From assembly GCF_009914755.1 (NCBI RefSeq), contig NC_060933.1: DNA of 64,000 nucleotides. The stretch is one strand, 5' to 3'. This document shows, piece by piece, positions 32,700 through 49,063 of the stretch. The first letter of the stretch is position 1; each line of letters starts with the position of its first letter. Source of the stretch: the human T2T-CHM13v2.0 reference genome, Homo sapiens. The translations under genes were made by a program, and so were the position numbers. The notes beneath the pieces were generated by a model. That model saw nothing but the letters and a program-made list of their open reading frames with translations. It was not told the DNA's origin and searched no databases.

Positions 32700-34365
32700 T
32701 CTCTAGCCTCTACAAATTTCTGTCCAACATGTCCAGAATTCAGCCAAAATTATCAGACATCAAAACGGAAACAAAAACCAGACAATGGAAAAGATCAAGA
32801 GATAATCCAGATATTGAAGTTAACGAAAAATCTTTAAAATAACTGTAATTAATATTTCCAGGAAAATAGAGAGCAAGATAAGGAGTTTCACTAGGATACA
32901 TGAACAGAAATTCCCAAACTGAAAATCGCAATAACTAAAATTAATAGCTCACTGGCATATTCAACAACAGATTGGTCACAGCAGAAGATCTGATTAGTAG
33001 TATAGAAGATAAAGCAGTACACAATGTCTAGACTGCAGCATAAATAGAAAGAAAAGATGAAAGAGGAGAGGGAGAGAGAGAAGCAGGAGGAGGGAGAAAG
33101 AGAGAGACAAAGAAAGAAAATAAGATACAAACATCTCAGACAGATGTAATTGGAGTCTCAGAAAGGAGGAAAGGAAATGCGAGACAGAGGCAATATTTTG
33201 AAGAAGTAACAGTGAAGAATTACCCAATCTAATAATCAATGCACAGAAAAAAGAAATTTAGTGAAATCCAAAGAGGACAAATTCAGTGAAAACTAAAATA
33301 GCCACATCAAGGCAAAACTGCTGAAAATCAAAGACAAAGAATAAATTCTCAAAAGTAACCAGAAGAAAAATACACATTTCCCTTATAGGATAAAAATCAA
33401 TTACCTATTGATTTCTTAATAAATATCATGAAAACAATAGAATGCCATCTTTAAAAGGCCGAAAGAAAATAACTACAGACCGTATTCTCCAGCAAGCTGA
33501 AACAGCCTTCAGAAGTTCACATAAAATAAAGACAATTTTCAAGCAAACAAAAGCTATATGACAATTTATTACCAGTAGAACTGGGCTAAGACAAATATTA
33601 AAAGGAGTCTTTCTAGCTGAAAGAATTTGATTCAGAAAGAGCATGAAAATGCAGAGAAAGTAAATATGTGAGTAGATTCAAGTGAATACTGATTGCAAAC
33701 AAAATTATATTAAATTTTGTGATTAAAAATATATGTACACATATACACATGTATGTATGAAACTAAAATGTGTCAACATAGCACACATGGTGGGAAGAGT
33801 TTAACTAAACTAACATAAGTTGTACTTACATCCTAGGATTGTTTGGAAAGTGATAAAAGTAGTAGCTCAAGTACCTGGGGGAACAAAATTAGAACAGCAA
33901 ACAATAGTGGAAAAACTGGAAAAATTAAACTTGATTAACCCAAAAGAAGAGGAGAGAAAAAGGAGTATAAAACAAGTGAACCAAATATAAAACAGAGAGT
34001 AACATGTCAGCTACAATTTCACATATGTCAGTAATTACATTTAATATAAGTGGACTAAATATAACAACTAAAACTCAATGATTTCCAGATTCGGTTTAAA
34101 TAATAAAGAAAGAGTCCTTACATATGAAGACAAAAAGTTTGAAAGTAAAGAATGGAAAAAGTTATTCCATGAAAACACTAATCAGAAGAAATCCGGCATA
34201 GCTATACAGTACTATCATCAGAGAATGCAGACTTACATGCAGGAAGCATTATTAGAAATAAACAAGGATATTTCATAATTACAAAAAATCAACTTTAAGG
34301 GAGATAAAACAATTCCCAATCTATATGCATTTAATGAAACAGCTTCAAAATATGTAAAGCATGTA
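32700..34365 (+). mobile_element. Old L1M 5' region (ORF1 and ORF2 endonuclease remnants)
   Basis: tgtaattggagtctcagaagg, caatattttgaaga, aaactgctgaaaatcaaagacaaaga (ORF1), then gtaattacatttaatataagtggactaaat (ITLNVNGLN-like endonuclease start). Confidence 0.65.
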
Positions 34366-36177
34366 TCTCTTTTCATTTTACTGGAATTCATAGTTCAGGC
34401 ATGCTTATTAATGGTAGACACAAAGGAGGACAGTAGGTACACTGTAGAGTTGACTCTGCCTACCACTAGCCAAAGGAAGTCACTGGCTGGCTCAAAAATC
34501 AGGGGGCAGGGAAGCATACGCCACTCACAGGTACTGGCAAGGAACAGGTGCAGAATTGGTGCCAGTGATGCAAACTAGCACAGCGTGTATATATAAAAGT
34601 GATAAAACAATTAAAGGAACTTTACAGAGGTAGGTAGTTCTAACTTCATTAGAACACCAATGAAGAAATACAAACTTGGACCATCTCAGGAGTTATGAAA
34701 ATTTCCCATGTCTCAAATTCTAATCAAGGACAGGTAAAATTTTGGAAGGGAGAAAATAAAATTTGCTTTTGTCCAGTCACTATTTGTTCTATTTGTTTTG
34801 TTTTACCGGAAACCTCCACTTGCCATCTGTTGTTCCTACAGAAAACAGTACAGCACTCAGTTAATCCAGATGAAGCTGCTAATATTCAACTGTATTTGAT
34901 CTACAAAACTGGCAAATATATGGTTCAACCAATTATAAGTGAAGCTAGAATGATGAATAAGAAAAGGACTGATTGGTAATAGCATAGCTATGTAAGACAG
35001 TCTGAATGACATATAAAACTATTTGAAGACTAAGTTATAAGAAAATGTAACAGAAAATGCATGAATAAAGAATTACCTGTGAGTAATAAAAAATGATTTT
35101 CACTTGGGACATTATAAAAGAAATCTTCGTGAAAAGAACATTTTAGAATTCTGTTAATTATCTCGGCTGTGCTCCAAGTATTAAAATTTTAAAAAGGAAT
35201 CCACCACTCCCAGACCCCCTCCCCCACCAAATTTTCCGCCACTAAGGGACCAAAAAAGTGGTGAACCAAGCTCTTCTTGGTTATTTATGAAGTCAACCTT
35301 GAATACTAACCATTTTCTTTTTTCTTCATGAATTATTGCCGTGACTTACAAAGGAATAGAAGCCCAATCTCAGTTTAACAGAAACATGAATCAGACAAAA
35401 GCCATGTTTGAGTGTTATCTAATGAAAATACTGAAACACTAGCATGGAGTGGAATGTAAGCCCTTAAAATCTGCACTAGCGGACTGGGAATTAAAGAGAT
35501 GGAAAGGATACTAACCACTTGAGAAAACAACAAGAAGAGGACTGTTCTATTTTTTGCATTAATATCAAAGAAAGTGGAGTGATTTAAAGAACTCTGAAAT
35601 TGAGGATAATTAAAGCTGGCATGATAAAAAGGAGGAAGGCACAGAATCAAAAACTAAATGTTTATATACAATACAATGCAGCTTGATGCTGTCTCTCTGA
35701 AAGTAGAAAAGAAGCTGCCGCCATCAATCAATATAGCAATATATCAAAACAAGTATCAATATAATGATCCTTTATGAAACCTCGGCAGTTATTATCCATC
35801 AAGAACATGGAATTGGTAGTCAGAGGACTGGAGTCCTCTCCCTGTCTCTGGTGACTATTTGTAGCTCCTGCACTGCCGGCCCTTGGTGTGGCTTCTCAGA
35901 TTGCTCACTTGGAACATCTGGGTGTTAATAACTGCCTTTCTACTACATAAAGATGCATCAAATATCAGATGGAAGAATGGAAACATAACTGTAAAACCTT
36001 ATATTCGCTATTTTTACTAGAGTTATTACAATTTTTAATACTACACTTTATAACAATATAATCTCCAAGATACCTGCCTTACCTGGATGGCTAGTATAAG
36101 AGAGAAATAAATATCTGAAATTTAGATTCATTATTCAGATTTTATTATCATCTGTCAGACTTTTTTTCTGAATTGCT

Positions 36178-37640
36178 TCATTCATTCATTCACTCAATGC
36201 AAAGCTATGGTGCACTTAGTATGTTCCTGGCTCTGTATTAGGTGCTGATGTTACAGCAATGAATGTACCTTACCCTAGTGTAGCCTGAAGGCTAATGAGG
36301 AAAAAGGAAATTAGGCCTCTAATAAGACAGATACAGATACATTATAAAAAGTGACTATAGCACATGAAGTCATACTATAGGCTTCCTGGGAACTTATAAT
36401 GAGGAACCAAATGTAGAGTGAGGGCCTAGGAAGCATCATTTAAACTAAGATCCAAAAGAGGAAGAGTAAATAGCCAGTCAAGAACATAGGGAAGGAGCAT
36501 TTCAAGCAGGGGAGACCACAGGCGTAAAGGCTTTGAGTCAGTAAAAAGCTGGATACAATTGACAGTGGACAGGTAGCAGGTGACGGCAGCAAGAGGTGGC
36601 ACTGGAGAGTTATTCAGGGACAAGCTCCTTCAGGCCTTGCTGGGAGTCTGGATGTTGTTTTAGGAACAATGGAAAGCCACTGATGGTATTAAACAGGGAC
36701 GTAATTGTATCAGTTCTGCATTTTTAAAAGGTAACTTGAGTTGCAGTGTGGAGAATATAATGTAGTCAGCTATGAACAGAGACAGAATGACCCAAACTTG
36801 GAAGGCAATTTCCATAATCTGTGGGACACCAAGTTTAGATTAAGTCGGTAGTAGAGCTAAAGAGAGCTGAAATCATGCAAGGTGTAATTTGGAGGGAAGA
36901 ATACAGAATTTCGTGACTCACTGGACATGGAGGGCAAGAGAGATAGATGCGTCAAGGACTTATAGGGTTCTGGCCTAAGATTCTGGGAGTTCCCCTTTGT
37001 TCTTGAGAGATGCCCTCAAAGGCCTGGACAGGCAGTAGAGCATAGGGAATTTATTTTTCTGTCTAAGGCCTCTGGGAAACAATCCTAGTGTCTTGGGTGT
37101 GGCTTTAAGCATGTTTCAACAATCGAGTTTGAACAATCGAATGTGCATGTTTTTCCAGGAATCATCCTGATTATTGTGTGGACTAAAAACTGGAAAGATC
37201 AAGACCAGAGACAAATAGCTGATTTAGGAGGCTGGTGCTCATTTAGGCTAAACTGGAGGAAGAGAAAGAAATTCAAAACATTTAGGAGATAGAATCAGGT
37301 TTCAGTCAATAGGTGGCTGTTGGTATCATTTTATAAGATGGAAAACAAAGGAAAATGAGCAGATAGACAACTGAGTTTTAAGTGCTCACAGGGCCAGTGA
37401 AGAGAGGTTGGTACCAGAGGTTGGAACTCCTCAGAGTAGGTTGCGGATACGTCTATTTGGAAGTTATCAGCCACAGTGTGTAAATGCTACTGAAAACTCA
37501 TGGAAGTGGATAAAAGACTCAGAGAGAGCTTGGGAGCAGGATAAAAGACCTACAACCAATCTGTGGATAATGTTAGCCTTTAAGGAGTGGCAAGAAGAGT
37601 AGCATGCAAAGGTGCATGGAAAACCAGGAGAATACAGCTG
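36178..37640 (-). mobile_element. L2 LINE remnant
   Basis: Begins with ttcattcattcattca (antisense L2 3' end), then ggaacaatggaaagccactga and other L2-like blocks. Confidence 0.65.
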
Positions 37641-37848
37641 TCAAGAAGGGCCCGAGGCCATCTGTGCTCATGGCTTTATTCTGCAGTTGAGCAGCAACTC
37701 TGGGAGAACCTACAACCTATCCCCAGGCTAGAAGTGGAAATAGAAATAAATGCATAGAGTAAGCCAGGAGTCTGTGAAAACACACACAGTTTAAAGGAAT
37801 AATGAATCTATTACTGTAAATGAAGTGTAGAAAAGCTAATAACACTAG

Positions 37849-38152
37849 GGCTGGGCAGTCCCAGCTACTCAGGAGGCTGAGGTAGAGGATCGATGGAGCC
37901 CAGGGGTGCACTATGATGATCAGGTGTCTGAACAAATTTTAGCATCAAATGGTGATCTCTCCGAGCGGAGGACCATCAGGTTGCTTAAGGAAGAGTGAAC
38001 TAGCCCTGCTCCCAAATGAAGCAGGTCAAGACTCCCGTGCTGATCAGCAGTGGGATTGTGCCTGTAGCCACTGCACTCCAGCCTGGGCAACACAATGAGA
38101 ACTTGCCTCTTAAAATAAAAAAAGATAAATTGATAAATACATAAATAAATAA
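37849..38152 (+). pseudogene. 7SL (SRP RNA) retropseudogene, RN7SL-type
   Basis: Alu-domain ends flank the 7SL-specific S domain (gtgcactatgatgatcaggtgtc...caggttgcttaaggaagagtgaac...gcaggtcaagactcccgtgctgatcagcagtgggat), followed by an A-rich tail. Confidence 0.9.
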
Positions 38153-39854
38153 ATGGGAAGAGATGCTGCGTGGAAGGGATATTATAAGTCATTATAAGCA
38201 ACGTTCTAGAAAACAAGCAGGGCAGTGGAAATACAAAGGAAAATACTGAAACTACCATTATTAACATAAGTCATAAAGGGTTGTATTACTGTCAACAACA
38301 AAAATAAAATCACCATACTTGAACAATTATTCTTCTAAGGAAAAAAAGACAATGTAGATGTCCACTTGTTCTAAAGAATTACTTTTAGCTAGTTAGCAGT
38401 GGTCACATATTATCTGTCTGCATGTTTGGGTTTTTTTACTAGTAGTCCCTTACAGCCAACAGCATGTGTTTACAGAAGTTAACGGTGCCAGCAGATTGCA
38501 TGGCAGCTGCACCGCCCACCGGCCCTTCCTGGAATCAGGCACAGGGCTTTGATCTTCCTGGTACCAACCTCCAGCCCAAGGAACTGGAGTAATATCTCTT
38601 CATGAAGGAACATCAAGCTAATGGCAAATCGCCATCAAAGAGCATGTTCCACTTTGGAGTCAGTAAACCTGAAGTTGTTTCAGAGTAATGAGAGGAGAAG
38701 GTAACTTCACAGCATCAAAGAGAAATTCTAAATATCAGACATCTTAGCCATTGAAACAGAGAGCACAGTTATAGGTCCCAGAAAACACAGGGATGGAAGG
38801 AGATGAACAATAACAGGAAGAAAAAAGACCGTTGGTAAAGCAACATCATTATATTTAGCCCTGTAGAAATGTAAACACTAAAAAACAAGCAGAGTTAGGA
38901 AATGAACTGGGTTGTACAGGGGTTATGTAATAAAATGGAAATAATAGTATCTGAGACATTAAATGCTGCATGAATGACAGACGTTGTTATCATGCTTTAG
39001 AAAATTAATATTCTGCAGGGCTAAAGCTGTGAGTAGGCAGAGAATGGGAGTGACTGTGTGTAAATAGTGTGATATGAACATCCGGCCGGACCCAAATTGA
39101 AGCCACTTAAGACATTTCCATCCAGACTGCTCTTTGACTTGTTCTCCAGTTTTATACAGGAGTATTTTTCAATTTTATTCCATTTTGACAATAATTTAAA
39201 ACATTTTTATGATAATGTAAAGAAAGAATACAAGTATGTTCTAGATCATCAAGTGGCAACTGTGTCACTGAGTACCACCAAATAATCTCACGGCCGGCTT
39301 TTTGTTTGTGTTATATTCATGTCGGCCCCATCCTTTCCACTTTTATAACAAAGAATAGGTGAGAAAAGAGGCTAACTAAACACAGGTTCCCACCAAGTGA
39401 AGATCAAGTGAAGCGACAGCATGGTGTGCAAAAGAGGACGTTAGCAGAGAAAAACACAGAGAACCAAGAGATTGCGAGAAATCACACCCTGCCCCCAGTA
39501 CAGCTCCTGTTTTCCCAGACAGCGTGTCATCTCAGCTTCAGAAAAACAGCATCATCTGTTGTTAGTTTGAATTGTATTCGTTTCATCAGATGCCTACCAT
39601 ATTGCAAGTACTTTGCTAAACTCTGGGAATCTAAAGACAGGTAAGTTTCAGTTCAGGTCCACCACTAAATTCAACTATAAAAGACAGTAACTAAAGTTCA
39701 TATTGTCATGGGGAGACACTAGAGTGTTTCAATAAAAACCAGTTCTGCTTGCCCAGCTATATAAAAAGACAGAAAAAGTCAAGTTCAACATTTCATGCCG
39801 ACATTGGCTTTTACAGTTTGGCTTTGACAGAATCTCATGCTGACCTTGATTTCA

Positions 39855-40025
<171 letters not shown>

Positions 40026-41008
40026 CTAGGAGAAAACAGAGAAAGGGATCAATGTATCTGCAGGATGCACCATCTTCATGTCGTCACCTCTCATGGCAAT
40101 GAGCAATGTATGCTCGCTTTGCTAATATGCAAAAAGCTGCTGTTTTAAAGGAAACACTGCTAATGGTTAACAAGGATGTGACAACCTCTCCAGTCCCTGA
40201 ATTCGTCACCATTGTCTACGTTTTTTTATTTACAAGGTAGTTTAAATTTCATCCACATCATTAAAATGACTATAAACATGGCAACCTCTATGAAGTTCAC
40301 TTTTCTAAAATGCTATCCCACAGATTCCTCCCTAATCAAGTGGTAAAGATGCTCACAAAAAGCCACATCACATGGCAGGGCAATCGAGCACCACGGTAAC
40401 ATGCAAAGGATCTGCAGTGAGAATCCTGGAATCTGCAATTAGAGAGTTGGAAGGGACCTAGACATGATTCCAGCCCCACACCCTTAATTTATAAATGAAA
40501 AACTACAGTCTAGGAAGAAGAAAGGACACTCTGGATGTAGGACAGCTATCATAGAGTGTGGGCAGGATTACATCTGGCTTTTATTTCAATGGCATCATTG
40601 ATTCCATGTTATCAGGCTGAATCCACTTCACAGTGAACACAGCTCCATGCACCTGTGGCCTGCTTCCTGGGGGTGTCAAGAGGAGCACACTGCCACTATC
40701 TGCTCCAGGGCAAAGGGGCTTTCACTCTTCACTCCATCTTGCTATCTGAACATTGGGAAGGATCAGAGTGCAAAGCAAACAAAATTGTTTTAGATATTTT
40801 TTCATTGTTTTCAGATTTTTAAGAATATGGCATGTGTGAGAACAAGGAAAGGGTTAATGCTCTTTTGCACTAGAAGTGCTATCACCTAACATGACTGGGG
40901 CACATAGTTAATATTTATGTATGGAACAGGCCAGCAGTTAGTTCAACCAAGAATGAAGAATGTCTCCTGCCTAATTATTTTGCTGTACTAAAGAATGTAC
41001 CAGGCTTA

Positions 41009-41359
<351 letters not shown>

Positions 41360-41525
41360 TCATATCCAACCACCAATGGGTGTCCCTGGGTATAAACACA
41401 TGGAAATAAAAATATAGGAAATGCCTTAGTGAATGTGGTCAATTTTAAATGCTAGTGTTGATGTCAGACTTGGTAACAGTTCGTCTATTGCTAATTCATG
41501 CCAGTTCCAAGAGAATCATTTCACC

Positions 41526-41831
41526 TTTTTTTTTTTTTTTTTTTTTCTGAGACAGGTTCTCACTTTGTCTTCCAGGCTGGAATGCAGTGGTGCGATCTAG
41601 ACTCACTGCAACCTCTGCCTCCCAGATTTAAGCAATTCTCCTGCCTCAGCCTGCCCAGTAGCTGGCATTCCAAGAGCATGCCACCACACCTGGCTAATTT
41701 TTGTATTTTTAGTAGAGACGGGGTTTTGCCATGTTAGCCAGGCTGGTTTCGAACCCCCAGCCTCAAGTAATTTGCCCACCTGGGCCTCCCAAAATGCTAG
41801 GATTACAGTCATTAAGCCACCATGCCCAGCC
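41526..41831 (-). mobile_element. AluS-type
   Basis: Antisense dimer with TSD-like aatcatttcac on both sides. Confidence 0.9.
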
Positions 41832-44800
41832 AGAGATAATCATTTCACTCTTGTTCCAACTAAAGGGTCATGTACATCAACATTTTTTGAGTTAACAATC
41901 GCTATACAAACTTCAGGTAAATATTTGCACAACCTCTGCACTCACAACCTTCTGTCTGGACAGCCCAGGCTGACCTATATAAAATAAGCCATATCCCAGC
42001 TCCACCACCTCAAACCCTGCTACTCTGCTGCAAGCTGCGGTTTCTTCATCTGTAAAACTGATCTTGAAGGGCCAGAGTACTAATTGAGATAACACCTGGA
42101 AATCAATCAGCCCACCACCTGCGTGGAGGTGGCTGCTGTGACTGTGACCCAGGTTGGTCATTGTTGGCATGGTTGGTAGAGATGGTTGATCCATCCTTTT
42201 ATTTTGGTTCTAATTTGGGTTTAATATCTAAGACATACAGCCAAGCTAATACAGGAACATCAGATCCTATGAGCATTTTGACTCCAATGTTAAAATTCAG
42301 TTGCAGAATTAAAATCATATTTTTCTGTAGCTGAATAAACTTTGTAAACCTCAGTAAAAACAATACAATAAAAACCTTTCAAAGGAACCCTACCAAAACA
42401 GAATTTTTTCACCTTTATCTGCCAAATGTTACTTCTTTCTCAATTTGTTTCAAAGTGTAAACTCTGGAAAATATACTTCTGAGTGATGTGATAATAGGAT
42501 CATGTAGCAAAATAAAATTTAATGTCAATTTTTGCGTAATTAAATAGATTAACATTTAAGAAACTTTAAATAGACATTACCTAATAGTTTGTGAATAAGG
42601 CAGATGAGAAACATACTCTTTGCAACTTCAGAGATATCAATAAAAAATCAAACATTTATTACATATGACTAAAATATATTTAAAAGTTTATATATATAAT
42701 CACATTAATTCATTTGAAATTTCAGAAATCACATTATTGTCTTATATAGAATTATAACCAGCTTCATGGGATACCAACCAAATGAACCATTGTTCTTTAA
42801 AGATATAGAAATTAAAGAGAATACATTTTGGGCAGGAAAGATTTATACTAGCATTTCACTGTCATAACATTCAGGGCTTATTATTGAAATAACCTTATCT
42901 ATAACAGTAAAATAATGTGTGTCTTAAAAATATGCAGTGTAGTCTCTTATTCATTATATTCAAAGTTTGCTTCGAGAGCTTGCAGAGCAGACATGAGTTC
43001 ATACGTGAGCACATGACCACTACGGACAAAAGAATGGCGAACACAAATACCTATTCCTGCTTTGTTTTATTAAGGTGGAAAAATGAACCTTCTAGAAGGA
43101 TAAGCCAGCTTTTATAGAAATATGCAGCCTTCAACAATTCTGCAGAGGATTACGTCTTCATTTTAGACATAAACAGCAAAAGTTACAGCTCTGTGGAGAG
43201 TGAGAGTATACAGAATAGTTTTTGGAAGCCATAGTCCTTCAAATTCTTTTCTGTCTTAGCAGGCATGTGACCTTGGGAGAAATCATCATCTTTCTTTGTA
43301 AAGTAGAAAAATTATATCTATCTGGCAATCTTGGTAAGAATTAAACTAGTTAATATATATAATGTATTTTTAAGATTATAAATCATTTATTTTTTACAGC
43401 ATTCCTCTGCAATTTGTGTGTGTGTGTGGTGTGTTCATGTATAAAAGCTCCATCTTATTGAAAGACAGTCACTTAAGTTTGATGTGGATTCTCTGTCTTT
43501 GAGGGCATTCTAGCTAAGTATTATATTAAGTAATCAAAAATGAGTATTTTCAGATAAAATGATCAGTTTTCATAACATGTTCCTTAGGTATACATGAAAG
43601 TGACTGAAATCTGTGGCTTGGAGTCCACTCACATGCTGGAAATATGTTTCATAAATAACTTAGGAATTAATGACATTACTGAAAAATTTCCAACACTGTA
43701 CTTTGATTTTTAGCAGTCACATTAGTTAAATCTAACAGTCACAGTCAGTGATGGTGCTCATGTGATATCCTGGTCTGCAAAATGTTAAGCACATGGATAG
43801 TTGTGGTTGAGTATGAAATACCCAGATTGACAGCCATAAGCAGAAAAAAATCTGTCAAGGTAAGACTCATCAACAACTATTTTTAAGAAGACTGTTAGAA
43901 ATTTGTTATTTTTCCAAATTTGTCATTTTGTCGTTTCTGTTTTAGTGGGTTTTTATCATCAAATCTTTATTTTAAATTACGAGATACTGAAATGAGTCTC
44001 TGAATTTTAAAATAAGCATTAAATCTCTACTATGCATAGGGCCACCACTGTCCTATGCAATTTCACACATCAATTCAGTTAGTCCTCACAAAGATGTTAG
44101 AAAAACCTGTCTAAAAGAAATAGATTCTTCAGCAGCTTCAGCTTATTATTAGTTTCCCAAACACTCAAATGTACTACGAGAGATTCTTATTTTAATATGC
44201 TGTTATTATTTTAAGCTGTCTGTGTGTGGGGTAAGAAAGTGCCCGTGAGTCCCTGAGTTCTAATTCTGTTTCCTTAATTGCCAGACTATGCTGATATTGG
44301 ATACAAATTTTAGTGCTTGTAATCTCAGCTTCTTTATGAGTAACATGGGGATAATACTAACTGCTCTGCCCAATTATAGCTTGTTGGAAGATGTTTCTGT
44401 AGGTGACTTGAAAATTCTAAGGAACTATACAAATGAAAGATATTGTTAAGCTGCTCCCTGTAATGCCTGTTAACAAGATTATTTGATTAAGACACTTTGT
44501 TAATTATAAGTGTTATATGAAGAAACTGTATTATTTCTAAGTATATAGCATTAATAATATAATTACCATGACATATACCTTGATGATTTTATGAAGTAAT
44601 TAAAATGTTTCTATAGATTATTAAAAATTAGCATATTATCTTTATCACCTTAGTATGACTAGTACAATTATATTTATGCAGAGTTAATCAGTAAAAAGCA
44701 AAATGAAAGATATAAAACAATATTATATGTAAGTGTAAATATGTGTGAACAAAAGAATTATGATTTTTAAAAGAATATGTACAAATAAAATGTATTGGAC

Positions 44801-45970
44801 TGGGGAAATATGAATCATGTATAAAAAAATATGATTAATGAATGAATGAACACCAAGGCAAGAGTAGGGCCTTATGCAGGCCAGACCGATCATTCCTTCA
44901 TGATTCCTCACTGAGGAAGGTGACTCATGGAAACCTTCACATCTGATGTCTAAACACAATAAATCAACAAAAAAGGGCTCCAGCATGTGGACCCAGTGCC
45001 TGCTGAAGAGCTGTTAACCCTCTGCTGCTGCCCCCTCAGCCTCCTCTGTTCTCAGGATGCCCATGGGTGAAGAAGGGACTCCTGGCAAGTGGGACCTGGG
45101 GCTGCCACAGAGCCCTCCCAAGGACACAGACAGGACTGTGAGGCCACGGCTCCAGCAGGATGCTGACTCCTGCGACTGTCAAAGACTTCAGCTCAGTTTT
45201 GGAGTTTCCTGTAAGTGATACATCATATGATGAACACAGGCTGCGAAGCTGGAGAGACCTGGGTCTGAGGCCAAGTCCCAACATATACTGGTTCTGTGAC
45301 TATGGGCAAGATACTCAACCATGCGGAGCCTTCCCCTCTGAACACTGGGGAGAATGATGATCCGGACTCACAAGACTCTCACGTATCTCTAAACTCTTAG
45401 CATAGGACTAGCATATGGTAAATAATCAATTAGTAGGAAACACTACTTATTATCATCTGTTAATACTAAGTGATATTTCCTCTTACTCATTCTCACAATG
45501 CCACTCTTTGAAACCAAGGATGAATCTATGGACCTTTTCCTTTGATTCTCAGCCGGAATCAACTTAGTCACTTAGGTCTGCATCCCCTCACTAGCAGATG
45601 ACATTAGGCAAGGATGATACTGCTTTTGTCCCTGTTATTTTCAGAAGATTACAGATAATGATGTAACATGCAAAACTGTTTCTTATTTAAATTAGTATCG
45701 ATAACTGCCTATGTGAACAGCTGTACTTAATTATTTTAAAGTGCTCATGAATGCATTATTAATATTTTACTAACCATTAGAATACAATGTTTATCAACAC
45801 AAAATGAGAAAAGTGTGACTTTGCCTTATTCTAGCATTATTAAATGAACTGAAGTAGGAATTAAGAAATGTGGGTGATGGTTCCAGCTTTTTCATTAATT
45901 AGCTGTGAGAGCCATGGTATGTCACCTGAGGCTTCAGTTTAGCTGGAAAGCACGCTACAAAGTACTACGG

Positions 45971-46279
<309 letters not shown>

Positions 46280-48313
46280 GTACTATGGAATCTAAAGTTT
46301 TCTCTAGCACTAAAAGAGCATGGCCTGAAATAGTTAGTTTATATTTGGGTCAAGAAAGAAAGAAATGTTAGAAAATAAATGAATAATCAATGACAGCAAG
46401 AGTACCTTATTGAAAAAAATGTATGTGTATATGCACTTATGCATATCTTTAATTAATTAAATATACATAATCATTGAAAAATGAAACACTGCAAATACAT
46501 TTGTATGTTTGATACTTGAGCATCCTATCATTTTTTTAAATAAAAATTAATTAATTTACCATATTTGAATAAGTCAAAAAGAGAAAAACAAAGTGTAGTG
46601 CATGTTTAAAAAAGACAAATAAATGTTTCCTTGTGTTTGCTCACTACTGATAACTTTGAGGAAATGATCATTCAGAAACATAAAGCAATCCAAAATACGA
46701 ATCAAGATTAACTTAAATGTAATTTTTAAAATAATTCAGATAATGAAGAGAGCAGAACTAGCCACTTAGCTCTCTGTGTATAGTGCATATAACTAAATAT
46801 ATCACAACTTAACAGGTGTTCTTTCTGAGATATTGCTATTGACTTTAAATGATCACATTAGTTAAATGTTAAAATACCTTTTTAGAAAGCAGGCAATTCA
46901 TCTAACTTGTCATTTGACTTGGATCTGGGACAAATTTCCTGTGTGAGATCGATCAGCATGTCTTCTTGCTCTCAGATTTCCTTATTATAATTATAAATCT
47001 TTGTGCTTTATAAAAGTTCAGGGTATTATGCTGGTGCCATCTCTGGTTTCTCAGAGACTTTCAACAACCAGCCTCGTTCTGGGACATGATAGGCATTGTT
47101 GCAAAATCAGGAATTCTTCAAGGAGAATAAATGTCTGCTGTGTTGAATTTTATGCTAGGTTCCCCAAGATCTGCACCTTTAACCCTCCCAGTATTTACCA
47201 GTGTTTAACACACAGTTGGTCCCAGGCAAATGCTGGTGCATTGACTTGATTGTTAGAGATAACCTTCCTAATGCTATATTCTATCCAGTCTCTCTAAACC
47301 CAGCTCCTTGTTCTGCTGTGAGGAGCAGCACCTGTCTTCCTTTGCCTGGATGACTCAGAGATGCCCACTCCATCTTCATCTCTGGACTCACCACAAGTAA
47401 TTACTTAGTACTTCCCACCAACTGCAGAGCAATTTACTTAATTGGAATGTTTTCACACTTTTTCATCCCTGATAATCAACCTGCACAGATGAAAAAATTA
47501 CCTAGGGAATCACTATTATTAAATCAGTGATCTAAGTGCTTTTGTTATTCTAACTGAAAATTGTAATCATTTGTTTGTTTGACATATTTACTATCTGACC
47601 ATCAGACAGATTCACTTATTTTGTCCATTTTAACTATGACCAAATATATATTTTTTCACATAAGAATCTGTGAGCATTAAACTGGGTAATCTGTATGACC
47701 TTATCCCTGAATATTAGATATTAGATATGCACATACAAATGGTTATGATTGTTATGATTAGTGTGCTATCATGGAAAATAGTTCATAGTCTTGATAGTCT
47801 GAGAATTGCTATGATAATAGTTTCAAAAACATTTAGGATACTTGTTCTCTATTTTTAATTTTAGTTTTTAGCAACAAAAATCATTTGAAAAGCAAATAAA
47901 ATTATTTCACCATATTTTTACACTTGTAATCATGTATAATATGTTCTAAGAAAAAGCCATCTCTACCTATAAAATAAGATGCAATTGTATATTCCTGTGT
48001 GTCTCTCACACAGATCCATCAATGAACAATATTGCCAGTATTGGGAATAAGAATACTGAATGAATCAGGCCTAGGTTGAGTATTTTCTGTGACTATGAGG
48101 CAGTCACATCCTCCTATTTGGTTAGGATCTACAAACAGAGTAACCAGACTCAAAAGGTGCCACCTGCCTAGAATAATATTAGTATGAGATAATAAGACTT
48201 GCTCGTGGCTTATCCGGCAGTGTGCTAGAAATTTTCTGTCTATGAATTTGTAAAACAGCAGCAACAACATGAGGCACATGGAAGTTCAATGTCCTAGGGT
48301 CAAAGCTGAGCTC

Positions 48314-49063
48314 TGAAACCGCCTTTGCACAAATTCTAACAGTGAAATTGAAACTGCCTTTGCACAAATTCTAACAGTGACAAAATTATGGCAATGGGGA
48401 GACCTGATCTAGTTAACCCCCTTCTTGCCCTTGACCTTCAAGTTGCCCTTAATCATTCCTGGGCTTAGGCAAGCCAACCGTGAGAGACATCTAGTTTATA
48501 GTTTAAATGATAATAGCCCTTCCCCAAAACTAAAGCTAATGAGAGACCACCAGGCTAGGAGAATAGAGGAGCCTAAATTCTGCTAAAATACAGACATAAA
48601 TGATTGTTAGCCATTTGTCCAGAGGTCACGAGATATGCAACTTCCTCATGAATTCCAGCAGATAACATCAGTATTGTAGAATCTAAGATTAGCCTTTTGA
48701 GATATCCAGGTTTTTTGCATGTTTGACTACCGATGGCTCCACTGGACCTGCCAACAGCTCCCGTAGCTCCACCCATAAGTAACTCAGCATGCAGAAGAAT
48801 CATTTCCCACACCCCTATGATTACACCCCCAACCAATCAGCGGCAAGCACCCATTGCCTAGCCACTCCCCGCCCTTTCCCTAAACTACCTTTGAAAAATC
48901 CCTAACCTATGAGCCTTCGATGAGACTGACTTGAACAATAACTTCATCTCTAATGTGGTGTTGCCAACCTTGAGTTAATTTAAACTCTTTACAGCAAATA
49001 CCATGTTTTTTGTTTTGTTTTGTTTTTTTGCAGCGAGCAGGAAGAACCCATCGGGCAGTGACA
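48314..49063 (+). mobile_element. ERV1 solo LTR (LTR8-like) with a tandem duplication of its first 32 bp
   Basis: Starts tgaaaccgcctttgca and ends gaacccatcgggcagtgaca. The 5' 32-mer is repeated at 48314-48345 and 48349-48380. Confidence 0.8.

Noticed and set aside
38470-38570. Cluster of E-box (cagctg), GAS-like (ttcctggaa) and TCF-like (ctttgat) motifs
   Set aside because: Short motifs occur by chance in 64 kb, and there is no independent support for an enhancer.
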